From Ramazzottius varieornatus (taxonomy: Eukaryota; Animalia; Tardigrada), in NCBI GenBank assembly GCA_001949185.1, contig BDGG01000003.1:3455158-3519157 (forward strand): 64,000 nucleotides of DNA. The letters are read 5' to 3'. The notes under the pieces were generated by a model. The model worked only from the letters and a program-made list of their open reading frames with translations. It ran no database searches and was not told the origin of the DNA. Positions 51,864 to 63,800 of the stretch are shown here, one piece after another. The translations under genes and the position numbers were made by a program. Position 1 is the stretch's first letter. The number at the start of each line of letters is the position of its first letter.

Positions 51864-54113
51864 ATGCAGCGCGTAGAAGATTTTCTGACGCTGGTGAAGA
51901 GCAACTCCAACAGCAGCCAGTTAACACCGGAAGTGGTACAGAAGCTCTTTGTGGACTGCGTGAAGGAACTCAAGAAAACTTCCGTGAACGATCTAGATAG
52001 TCTAAACAACGCCTTCGACTTCGGCAAACATGCTCATGGAATGGCTGTCATACTGTTAGTCCTCTCGCACTGTAATACCTTCTGGAATATTGTGTTAATA
52101 TAAAAATCGAAATCTTACAGAAGCGCCAAGGCGGCCAATCCTCAGTGTCCCCTTCAGCTCGTCCTCCAACAAGTGGAAGTGTTCATCAACCAGTGTGCTG
52201 CGGCCAAAGATCTTCCCCGTCCCCTGGATGCACACCAGATTTACATGCTGTTCAAGCATGTGTGCGACCGACTTATCACTGAGAATGCTCCTCAGTTGGG
52301 TATCGACCTGCTCCTCCTGGCCATCTCAATCGTCCAGAAAGAAACACACCAGCTGACCGAAATGCACCACCTGTTTCTCAAAGTATAATAGTTTGTTCCG
52401 TGTTCGTTCAGCTGTATTTTAGCACGTTATGTATGTTGTATTCTGTTCTTTCCTCAGTTATGCATCGAATCCAGACAGTACAAGCCGGCGCTGAATTTAC
52501 TGGAGACCAACATGTGCGACATCATCCCAAAGGTTTGTTCGTCGACCTTGTTCTTTTTGTCTTCTCTTTGTCTAGTATGGTGTGACGTCGACGAAGTACC
52601 TTGAGCAAACAATAGTGTATCTTTCTAGAGTCACTTTGATGTGGATGCTTGCATTCGATACTTCTACAACGGGAGCATCGTACTCGCGGCCCACAACTTC
52701 TTCAAGTCTGCTTTACACAGCATTGCAGCCGTAAGTTTCGTTTCAGGAAAATATCAGTCCAACTACCCTTAGGTGCTGTCCTTTTCATATTCGCAAGACC
52801 AGGAAGTGTTATGACTTGTGTTTGGCTCTCTAGGTATTCTACATACCGGGAATGCACAACAGCTCACATCCTCTCGCTCTCGATGCTTTCAAGAAGTACT
52901 TGTTACTGTCTCTTTTGGCGCAAGAGCAATCGGTGGTTTTGCCGCGTAGTTTGGTGCACAACCTAGAGACCAGCATGCAAGTACGCTTTGATAACGACAG
53001 TCAATTGTGCTCCTTCGTTAATTTATTTTGAACTATATAGACTCATAAGACTGTACTTTAACGTGTCTTCTTTATACAGAAACAGCTGGGACCGTATTTG
53101 GAACTGTCAGAGCTGTTTCGCTCGGACAAGTACGATTTCAGTGCCTTTACGGAACTAGTCGGAAAAGCCGAAGGACAGTTCACACAGGTAAGAAGGCATA
53201 TTTTCGCGGCTTATTGTGTACCAGTTCATCCTGACTGAACGCGACTTTTTCTTCAGGACCACAATCGCAACCTCGTGAAAGCCTGTCTGAAGAAGTACAA
53301 GACAAAGGAACTTGTGAAGCTTGCAAAGGTTTGTTTCAAAACTGCAGCCTGCAGAGTGCGTACTGTGATTATGATAACCAGAAGGATGTCTTGCAGGTTT
53401 TCGAGAATCTCAGGATCGATTATGTGATGGCTCATCTTGGGTTGGACGTGGTCGACGACGTTGAATCTCACCTTCTCGATATGGTAGTAGCACCTTACAA
53501 CTCACTATTTTCTTTGGGGTTTGCAGGAAAGCATAGGGACGTACAGTAGGACTATCTTATGTTCGCACCGACCTTAACTCTCGGCGCTCAAAATGTTCTT
53601 CTGTTGTGTTGCAGTACCAGTATAGTGACCGACTTGGTCGCTTGGATTTTCAGAACGAAATTGTTCGCTTCACCAGAAAGTCAGCTCAGACGACCCCGGA
53701 GCAGAACGTCGATACTCTTCAGGCCTCGGTAAGTAGTCCTTTGAGCTTAGTCGGAAGTAATCTATGACTAAGCTAACAGAATAGTAATCAAGACTTGTAC
53801 TTTGCAGTTTGACCACCTGCAGACGACGGTGGAAATGCTGTCGCACATGGACAGGGAAATCCAATCCGATCCTGCTTATCTCAAGAAGGTACGCCATAAT
53901 TGATTCGATACGTTGCTTTCCCTGTTTTCATCCACCTAATTTCCATCTCTAATTAGCTTGTTTGATCTCCTCTTAGGTTCTCTCTGGTGATCATTCCTCG
54001 CGGGACGATCACATCTTTGCTGCAGCTCACGAGTATATGGCCATGTCGTCAAACGGAGGCTTCGGTGGGGGACCCTCGGGCATGAACTCGAAGCCTTACC
54101 GACGCGGGTTCTG
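51864..54113 (+). CDS. COPS3: COP9 signalosome subunit 3, about 11 exons
   Basis: FDFGKHAHGMAVIL, QLTEMHHLFLK|LCIESRQYKPALNLLETNMCDI, IRYFYNGSIV, DAFKKYLLLSL, DHNRNLVKACL, and MDREIQSDPAYLKK. Confidence 0.88.
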
Positions 54114-54550
54114 AACGTTCGCCGAGCTGTACAGTTTTACGTGAAGCGAGTTTCATAAACACAGGATAGTCTTATACAGTACGTTGTGTTTACGAGTCTA
54201 TCACGATACGAGTTTTTATTTCAGCCCTTAGATGAAAATCATGAAATCATCAAATTTGCCTGGAGCTTTCTTTTACTCGTTTCCTAGCTGATCATCGAAA
54301 TTTTATACAACAAACTCATGTCTGCAAGATAAGCCTTCGTAGCTGTCTGGGCGAACACTTTGAAGATAAGATTGCGAATAGTTTTACAAAGAATAAGAAA
54401 CAATGGTGCGCCGAAGTTGACTTCAGAAGATTAATTGTTAGAGAAATGACGGAAAGCTGTTATGATGAAAGAAGCTGCAAAAATGAGACCGGGATGTACG
54501 AAGTGTGCCAGTTCCCACCGGAAGAAAAGTCGCAATGCGAAAGCTGTTAG

Positions 54551-55313
54551 TCATTGCATCTTGGAAGTGCCTGTCGTTGGGTGCGGTACAGTCATGGCCT
54601 TGTAGACGGCATTGGCGAAGATGTAACAAGCTACAGCGAAGCATGCGATGAAAAGTCCAACAAAGAAGGCTATCGGAACCACGAAGAACATGACAAGTAT
54701 TCCTGTTCCCACGATGACAGCTGCAAACAAGGAAGTAAATTATCAACCTGCATATATCAATCAGATACACTGACCACAACGCGCCAGTGCGCAGAAGCAT
54801 GCAACAGCGACCTGCCGAGTTTATCACCGCACAGAATCCAGCTGATGATTTTCATCTAGACACTTTAGCAAACCCGTATGTACCTTCCACAACGAGAGCT
54901 ACGGAGATGGCCGAGATGAAGCTGACGAGAGCGAAACCAGCGAAGAATCCAATAGGCACCATTACGAATGTCCCCGTAACGACAAAAAACAGTCCGACTG
55001 ACGGATGTTGAAGGAACAATACCAGCAAAGACTGCAACACATCGTACACCACATCCCGATATTCGCGCAGACATCGCTTCGCTACTCCAGAGAATCCCAC
55101 AAGGTACTCTGTCATGGATGGTCCATCCCGTTCATCGAAGAAGTTGTTCCTTGTTCGTGAAGAAGTGGAGTCCGCTTGGAAACGTTGTCGCCCTCCTCGC
55201 TCTCCAGAAGTACCGTTACCATTCATCTCCACTCCGTCGTTCCGGATGACTGTTTCCTTCTCGAATATGAAGCTTCGTCCGGGATCTGTAGGGACAGACA
55301 TGGTGAGAGACAC
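54551..55313 (-). CDS. LDAF1: Promethin / lipid droplet assembly factor 1-like; exons 55313-54884 and 54720-54551
   Basis: FLQHPSVGLFFVVTGTFVMVPIGFFAGFALVS...LVVE followed by a second long hydrophobic hairpin, the promethin pattern. Confidence 0.7.
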
Positions 55314-56079
55314 AGTTCACTTGACGACTTCCGGCCTCTTTGGCGTTCCGCAGCAGCCTTGTTCTACCAAGATTCAGCAGAAAACTCCAACCCGAAACTT
55401 TCTACGCAACAGCTGGCCCTCGGCTCGCTCTTTCGCAGCTAACTTCACAAGGCCTGAAGGCTGAAGTTACTTCAAGCGCTTCCTGGCGTCTTCGACAAAC
55501 CGAATACTGTATTGATAGCGAATTAGCGACTGCCTCATTTGCCTGGAAGGCGTAATCTGTTGAGGCCTTGGCTAAAGGTCGCGATATGACCACGACTCGT
55601 GGTCATACTCATACCGCGAGCTTGGGGGAAACTGCTGTCTCTTCTTAAAGGGCATTTTTCCACGCCCTACGGCCCTAGCGGTTACGCTTGTGTTTACCGC
55701 CTCAGCGGGGGATTTGCAAAGCGTCAAGGGCTTCCGTCGTTACCGAGCATTTCTTTGACTTTTTTCGATGTTGAACTATATTCAGTCTTCAGTTTTTTTC
55801 TGTATGCGGGAATTTTTCTCTTGTGCTTGGACTGCCAAAGACTGGGGTTTTCTGCGATTCGTTTGGACAGTACGTTAACCAGATAGCTACTGTTCGCTGT
55901 ACGAAGAGTCTGGGACAGGGCTTGAGAGTCAGTGCAGGCCACAGACGAAGCGCGTATGTGATGCTGCATTGCTCGTGAATCGTGATCGATAGTAGACGGA
56001 AGAAGTTCACCATTCCTCATTGACTGGCGCACAGGACACACAGCAAAGTAATCCGCGAGCATAGGAGGCTTAATCTACG

Positions 56080-58182
56080 ATGGCGGATAACAAGCTTTAC
56101 GATCTGCTTGGTGTGAAACGGAACGCTTCGGAAACCGAAATCAAGAAGGTACCCGCTGATGTCGTAATGTCCTGATTCTGATTGTCCTTGTCTCATTTCA
56201 GCTATCAAAAACTCAATACGGTATGGAAAGCACGTCATTTCCTTTTCCCTTGTAGGCTTACCGGAAACTCGCTAAGCAGTATCATCCGGATAAGAATCCA
56301 GACCAGGCAGAAGGCGAGAAGGTGGGATACTCGCGCGCCATATACGTTCATTTGGATGTAGCGGCTGTGTAGTTAACTCAGTTGCTTTTTAGTTCAAAGA
56401 GATCAGCTTTGCCCATGAAGTCCTCACGAATCCGCAGAAGCGTCAGATCTATGACCGAGGTGGCTTGACAGCACTGAAAGAAGGTGGAGGAGCACGTGAG
56501 TTATTCGACACTTCAAACCTTCTTTGTTCATTCTCGAGTACGATTCATTGTGTTATGATTCTGATTTCTCCGCAGAGGGTTTCGAAGATGTCTTCGAACA
56601 CTTGTTTGGTGGAGGCGGCATGGGAGGTCACCCTTTTACATCCATGTTCGGCGGTGGTGGTGGAATGGGAGGCCATCCTTTTGCGTCCATGTTCGGTGGT
56701 GGCGGAGGATTCGGTGGACGTGGTGGACGCAGACAAGGCGAAGACACTGTCTACCCGCTAAAGTAGGTTGTTAGGGTCTGAGGTGTTCTCGCTGGTGAAG
56801 ATTTCAACCTGATTTTCCTTGCAGTGTCACGTTAGAGGATCTTTACAAAGGAAAAGTTGTCAAGATTTCCATAGATAAGACTGTTCTATGCGGACAGTGC
56901 AACGGGTAAGTGTTCAAGCTCTGAATCGACCAATACTCCGTGAACTATCCCGTTCGTTTACTAGGTATGGCGGCAAGAGTGGAACAGCTCAGCGATGCGG
57001 TAGCTGTCGTGGTACCGGTGTAAGAGTTTCTCTCCGTCCAATTGGTCCTGGAATGATGCAGCAGGTCCAGGAAGAATGTAGCAAATGTCGCTCAACGGGT
57101 ACAATTCCTCCACGCAAAGTGGCAGAGCTCAAGCTTCTGATTCGGGTCTGTTGTAGGCCAAGATTTTGCTGATGCTGACCGTTGCAAGAAGTGTGATGGC
57201 AAGCAGACTACTCGCGAAAAGAAGGTCCACGAGATTGAGATTGATAGAGGGCGGAAGCACGGCGACAAGATCTTGCTGCGAGGAGCTGGTGACCAGAAGG
57301 TACGATACTGTAATATTCTGGACCCTAGGCAGACAAAGTCGACAAGATGAGTTTTTCAAATGGCGGACGCTTCTAGCCAGAAGCGCTGACCGTATCCGCC
57401 ACTTGGGATCACAGTTTTCTTGCGTCTGTTTGCCGAGCCCCGTTCCGGTTTTCTGGTTGAGTGATGTTCATGTCCAAGTTGTTTTTCTGTAGCCGAATGT
57501 GGATCCTGGAGATGTGATTGTGGTCCTCCAAATGGTTAAGCATGAGGAGTTTGACCGTGAAGGCAGCCATTTGATGCGTACCTTGTCGATTGACTTGGTG
57601 GAGGCTCTTTGCGGCATATCCAGGCCGCTGAAGCACCTCGATGGACGGACAATCCTCATCACAAGAAAACCCGGCGTACCGATAAAACCTGGTATGTCTC
57701 AATTTTGCAGTATCCACTAACGCGAGACTTGATAGAGCTTTCACAAATAGTATATCGTTAAATATTATTGGTGAATGATGAGATCTCTTCACAGCTGAAC
57801 TGTACGTCGTGAAGGGAGAAGGCATGCCGGTCTACAGAAATCCCACGGAACACGGTGACTTGATCATTAAGTTCGACATCCGATTTCCGGAACCGAACTG
57901 GACCTCTGCAGGGCAGCTTAAGGTAAGCCTATTCGATTTTTCATGACTGGTATTTTGGAGGGATCATGCTCAGTGGATCGGTATTTCTAGAAAATAGAGG
58001 AGATCCTGGGTCCGAAGCCTCCCCCACCCACTTTCAAGCAAGACGAGGTAGAGGAGACCGTACTGCATGACTATGTACCTGGCCAGTCGAATCAGAACGG
58101 CGATGGAGCGCGGCACGCTTACGAGTCAGATGATGAGGAAGGAGAAGGAGGACCTAGCGGGGTTCGTTGTGCACAACAATAA
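56080..58182 (+). CDS. DNAJA2: DnaJ homolog subfamily A (type I Hsp40)
   Basis: MADNKLYDLLGV, HPD motif (YHPDKNP), G/F-rich region, CxxCxGxG zinc repeats, GEGMPVYRNP and C-terminal CAAX (VRCAQQ*). Confidence 0.93.
57320..57441. mobile_element. Palindromic MITE-like element, copy 15 (DNAJA intron 57300-57492)
   Basis: GGCAGACAAAG...AATGGCGGAC-N25-ATCCGCCACTTGGG...TGTTTGCCGAGCCCC. Confidence 0.8.
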
Positions 58183-58617
58183 GACTCCACATGGACGGAT
58201 AGTAGCACTTCCAGTTTTGTTCTGTTCTTCTGAATACGATCCCCTTCTCGTATTTTCAGCTCTCGCAATTATTAGTCCTAACTAACGGTGACTGCCGGAT
58301 TGTGAAGACCGCTGCCTGTAACTTATGAACGAATATTGGTTAAAAACGGTCGTACGAGTATTTGTTTTGCTTTCTTTATCGAATTTCCAGCATTTGCTTC
58401 AAAATAAAATAATGAATTGAAGTAGAGTCAGAGTAGAATGTGTCAGCCATCAGAAGCTCATTCAACACGGGTAAAAAAATACAGGTGGAAAAAACAGTAG
58501 AAAATCAGACTATCAATTACAGTAGATGATCACAAATATTCTGGAACGGAGTATGGGGAACAGGCGGAAACACGGGAAATCACACATAGATAGATTTCTT
58601 CTACGCAATAGGCCAGC

Positions 58618-61322
58618 CTATTTTCTGGCATCTTGCATGAAGTACTCGATTTCTTCGACGGTTCGTGGCACGTCCGTCATCAGCTCCATGCCGGTCGGAG
58701 TGACGATGACGTCGTCCTCGATACGAACGCCTCCGGACCCTCGAAATCTGTCAATGACTTCCTTGACCAGAAACTGCGACTGTTTCTCATTCGCAAAAGC
58801 AGCATTCAAAAGCTACGAAAGCAAAAAACGGTATTGGGGTACTCCGGAAGATCAAGTTACAAGATTAATCTCCTCAACGAGCTCGACGTTATCTTACCGG
58901 CTCAATAAAATAGACACCAGGTTCTACTGTGATCACCATCCCTGCTTGAAGAACTCTGCCCATCCGCAAGCTCTTGAGACCGGGTCTCTCGCTTCGAACC
59001 ACTCCAGCCGGATATCCTGATACGAAAAGAAGATCGGTTTCGCCAATTGTCGAACAATACTTGGGAGCTCGGCAAACAAAACGTGCAGGGTCGTTATCTC
59101 AAGTGGCGCACATTTCCATCGTTACTGGCTGCAACAGTGCGCCACTCAAGCGGCGAGCTTGTACGTTTTGTTTGCCAAGCTCCCACTTCAGATTTGTTCC
59201 TTTACCTCCACAGTCATGCGTGTCGATTCCGAGAAGATGGCCTGCAAAACGTAAGGGCTCAGCACATTGCAATGGATTCCGTGTACCTAACTGGCTCACC
59301 CAGTCCATGCGGCATGAGGACGGGACCGATGCAGGCTTCCATCATCTCGTCCACTTCTCCTGTCAGCAGCCCATGCTTCTTTAGCTCTTCCAAGATGGTT
59401 CTTTCGGCCAGCAAATGCATGTCGGGCCAGCTCACACCGGGCTTCATGCTAGCCAGCACGGCCCGATTGGCCTTCAGTACCGTTTCGTAAACGATCTTCT
59501 GGTCCGCCGTGAATTTCCCGTTGGCCGGAAAAGAGCACGTGATGTCGGACGAGTAGCAGTAGTATTCGGCCCCCATATCGAACAAGCTGGAACGATTCCA
59601 GCAAAGTTTTACAGTACTGGATAAACCGAGACGTTCGATGGTTAGATCATGTTCGTACCACATATCTCCATCTTTGATGACGTGTTCATTCGGGGCACCA
59701 GCATGACCATAGTGCAAAACAGCGGAGTTATCGGCGGCTGCGCAGATACAAGTGTATGCACTGTGTCGACATCCACCTTGAGCGTACGAGTAATGTAGAA
59801 ATTCACTACAAGGATGCAGCAAATGGAATGACTCTTAACCATTATGATACACACGGATATGCAGAAAGGGGCGAATTACCTTTCGAGCTGGTACTCTTTC
59901 ATGCCTGGACGGATCTTCTTCATGACTTCGCGGTGTGCAGCGCTGCTGATCTTATTCGCGTATCGAAGTACCTCGAGCTCATCCGCGGTCTTGAATACGC
60001 GGCTGTAAATTTCAATCTGATTAATTTACTTCGGTGAAAATTAATCAGAAAACTAGTGTGACGGGTTTCTGACTGAGGGAACCTACCATTCGCAAATTTC
60101 GGGATACAGAGTGGTGTTGTCGACTCTGAACTGCTCGATGCCCTTAAAGGTAGCTTCTCGACTCGTCTTCCCACTGTCGCTGTTTATCCCATTCAGGGTC
60201 AGCAACGTGATTGCAGAAGATGGCTTCCCGTCAACCGATAGATGCTCAGCGATCTCATCGGTATAATGGACGGCTTCAACGGCGTACCGAGTCTTGAAAT
60301 CCTCCAAGGTCCACAACCTACAGAATTCAAACACAAACAGTCAAACAGTCTATTCATCGAGATATCGGTTAGAGAGATAGAACGATACGTGTTGTCTAGC
60401 TAAATACTGATAAGCCCCAGTCAAACTCGAACAAGGAAGTAATGGACCAGTGTGAATATACCGACATTCATTACAACGAAATATCTTACTTGCCCATCCA
60501 TACGGCATAAGATTCCGGGAGACGTGGGACGAATAGGGTGCCTTTCCCAGTTGCCACATCAATGGCTCCGAAACAGTCGGGTTCCAAGACGCCAAACGCC
60601 CAATGGAAGAAGGACTCCTGGAAGTAAAACGGCGATAGCCCATATACTGGTAACAAGACTGGGAAGCAAGTGCTTCCGCTCGTTTACCTGTCGGAAGAGA
60701 AGGTCGGTGTCAGTGTCATAACGAGTACCGGAATCTCCGGATTGCAGGACAACGACTGCGAGATCTTGGGTCTTCAGAACTCCTCGTAGGCGTTGACATA
60801 GTCTTTCGCGGTTTTTGGAGAACAGCTTCATGGAGACCTTGTGTTTGCCCAAGGTGAACGCAGGCCTGAAAGGAAGAACATTTCTAGCTGAAGCAGGTAG
60901 AAATTGCTTTGGGCGTGGATGGGTGACGGTTCTGAAAACACAGCGGAATGCCACGAGCAACATAACGAAGTGATGCATCACGACTTTGCACTTCCGGTGG
61001 ATCGAGAAAAAATTACGAAGAAAAGAGGACCGTTTGTACAAACTACAACTATCCAAACGATGGCTAGATTCAAGCTGTTGTTTACGATGGTTCTTCATAA
61101 ACGTAGGTATCAATACGATGATCACGATCCCGGGAAAGTCACAATGAAATCTGGGTTAATGACCACATTATTCAGTTTTACTTCCGGCTGCGCATTTTCC
61201 AGTATATATGTGGCTAGCCCCCGTGGCATCTTCATATAAAAATCTTATGGTAGAAATGGTACATACCCATGATGTCCGTTCTCAATTTGCTGCGATAGTG
61301 AGCGATTCAGCGTTTCAGGCAT
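58618..61322 (-). CDS. PEPD: Xaa-Pro dipeptidase (prolidase, M24B)
   Basis: G|[26 protein letters not shown]|[45 protein letters not shown]|[16 protein letters not shown], and GGVRIEDDV...VPRTVEEIE. Exon 1 is 61322-61267. Confidence 0.93.
59063..59184. mobile_element. Palindromic MITE-like element, copy 16 (PEPD intron 59017-59205)
   Basis: GGGAGCTCGGCAAACAAAACGT...CTCAAGTGGCGCAC-N25-GTGCGCCACTC...ACGTTTTGTTTGCCAAGCTCCC; perfect ACTT TSD. Confidence 0.9.
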
Positions 61323-61921
61323 CTTACGCACCAATGGAGGTCCAAAATGTAGGAAGCTTTTCTTGAGAGAAGTCAACAAGTGGCGGGCTGAGAAGTTGAT
61401 CCAGGGGCTCCACGAGGACCACTGCAAGCACTTGTCCGTCAGCGAACTGACTAGCTCAACTACTGGCTGCCAGTGCCTGCGCTCGCGAACGGAAGCATGG
61501 CACACCTCACACGGTCGGTGAAGAATCCTTATCTTCGAGAGTTCAAAAGCTCCGAAGTACAAAATTTAGAATTTAACATCGCAATGATAACAAGGCATGA
61601 CGTCATCGGCTGACGAATTGGTGGAAAACTCTGGTTGATTTACGTCTTGCTTGATTTGGTGATCCACATACCGAGTCGATGTCTTCAGTAAAATATGTAC
61701 CACGAGATATTTAAGTTGGTGGTTGGGCTACAAAAACCACGTGCGTCCAACGGTGGTTATGGAACCGGTGGTAGAAACAATCAATCAGGAGAAGACGCCA
61801 GCAGGACCGCAGAAAAAATTTGTTACGCATGCAGGGAGCAGAATCCTCGTCGTTTGCTTCTCCCAGTACTTCCCGTTATACTTGTCTTTCTCCAGCTTAC
61901 CTGCATGACGTGAGGAGAGGA

Positions 61922-63514
61922 ATGGCCCGAGTACTGAGTCGCTTATACAGTGGAGGTGCGAGCTACTCGGGATCGAGGAGGGTAAGTGCTACGTTGCGCA
62001 CAGTGGGCAGACGAATGTGACATTATGAGATGGACCATGATCTCGGCGCTCTCGGAATATCCCCGTTTTCGTGATCTCGAATATGGCCACCGCTGAAGTT
62101 ACACTTACACGAAGATGTCTTATTGTAGGCGCATTCTTTTGCCTTTGGAAGATTTGCGGAGCTCAGCGCTTATAAGAAGATGGTAGGTCCCTACATACTT
62201 TGCAACGAGTACTTTTATCGCCCTTCGATCCGAAACTTTCGCTGAGGTGTTGTTCTTGCAGTTGTATGGAACGCTCGGGGCTGCTGCAGTAGCAGGAGGC
62301 TGTTTACTTTATGCTCTGGAAACATCCGAGGTGGAAGCCTCTGGAATCGACTTGCACGCACCCCATTTTCATTGGCCTCATTCTGGCGTGATTGATGCTT
62401 TCGATCATAACAGGTACGACTGCGTGGACTCGTACCGTACGAGTACTGTCAGTATTAAACTGGTCATCGTTACTAGCTGAACCAGATCATTCATGCGTCG
62501 GGGTTCTGTTTTAGCCTTCGGCGAGGATACCAAGTTTACAAGCAGGTCTGCGCGGCTTGTCACAGCCTGAAATATATCGCTTACCGTAATCTGGTCGGAG
62601 TAACCCATACAGAAGAGGAAGCCAAAGCAGAAGCAGCTGCTGTGAGTGTTGCACTCCCATGACGGATGTTGACTCATTGCGAGCTTAACAAGTTATGTGG
62701 ATACTCTGTAGATACAAGTCCAAGATGGGCCCGACGAGAACGGGAAGATGTTTATGCGGCCAGGGAAGCTCGCCGACTATTTCCCCAAACCGTACCCCAA
62801 CGACGCAGCTGCACGAGCAGCCAATAACGGCGCCCTACCACCCGATTTGAGCTACATCACTCTTGCTCGGCACGGAAACGAGGTTTGTCGCTTGTAAGGA
62901 TGTCGAGTTACGACAAGTTCGGATAGGAAAGCGTGTTCTAACTCGTTGTAGCACTACATATTTTCTCTGCTGACCGGCTATACGGAGGCCCCGGCCGGTA
63001 TCGAACTCAGAGACGGACAAGCATACAACCCGTACTTCCCTGGAGGTGCTCTCTCGATGGCCCAACAGCTCTACGACGAAGGAGTGGAATACGAAGACGG
63101 TAGTTCGCTGAAGTTCTTACGTACTACTGTGAGATCGAACCAACAGTGTTAAATAACCTCGTGATCTTCCGCAGGCACGAAAGCGACTGTCAGTCAGATG
63201 GCAAAGGATGTTTCTGAGTTTCTATCATGGGCTGCTATGCCAGAGCACGATTCGCGAAAGAGGATGGTCATCAAGGTACTGTGCATCTTCTAAAGTTCCA
63301 TGGACGAACTGTATCATCAGATGATGTTCCGTTTTGGCTTCTGCAGGCGGTTCTCTACTTTGCACTCATCTACCCGGTCGTTTACTACGCCTACAAGTTC
63401 AAATGGTCTTTGCTGAAATCGAGGAAGTCACAGTACGTCCTTCTGCCCAGACCGAGAAATCGATTCAACCCACCGACGTCAACTCCCTCTTCTTCTGCTC
63501 CTCCGTCGCATTAA
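61922..63514 (+). CDS. CYC1: Cytochrome c1, heme protein, mitochondrial
   Basis: [12 protein letters not shown]...[20 protein letters not shown] (CxxCH), [35 protein letters not shown], and [22 protein letters not shown]. Confidence 0.96.
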
Positions 63515-63800
63515 AGAATACAGATTCGATCGGGGACGGAGTGTCAGTTTTTTTGTCTGTAGTGCGTTAGTTTATCGTTTATGAGAGATATGCGAGCAGA
63601 GACTTTAGTTCTTCACGCATTCTGCCTCTCGTCGGTGCGAGGTAGGCACCGTAAAAGTTGTGCTGATTTCTGGATAAGTTGTCAACTGACAATATTTATT
63701 GCTTACAGTAAACATGGACGTAAAGTTATCGAAATTCTATGTAGCAACTTGACGCGTGGTTTTCATTCAAAAATCGACAGCATTCTTCATTCCCCAGCTC

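Noticed and set aside
8312-59184. Palindromes as introners (elements that create introns), CRISPR repeats or integron attC sites
   Set aside because: They lie inside introns, tens of bases from the splice sites, and do not supply the GT/AG. They are dispersed rather than arrayed, and no cas or integrase gene is present in this eukaryotic context.
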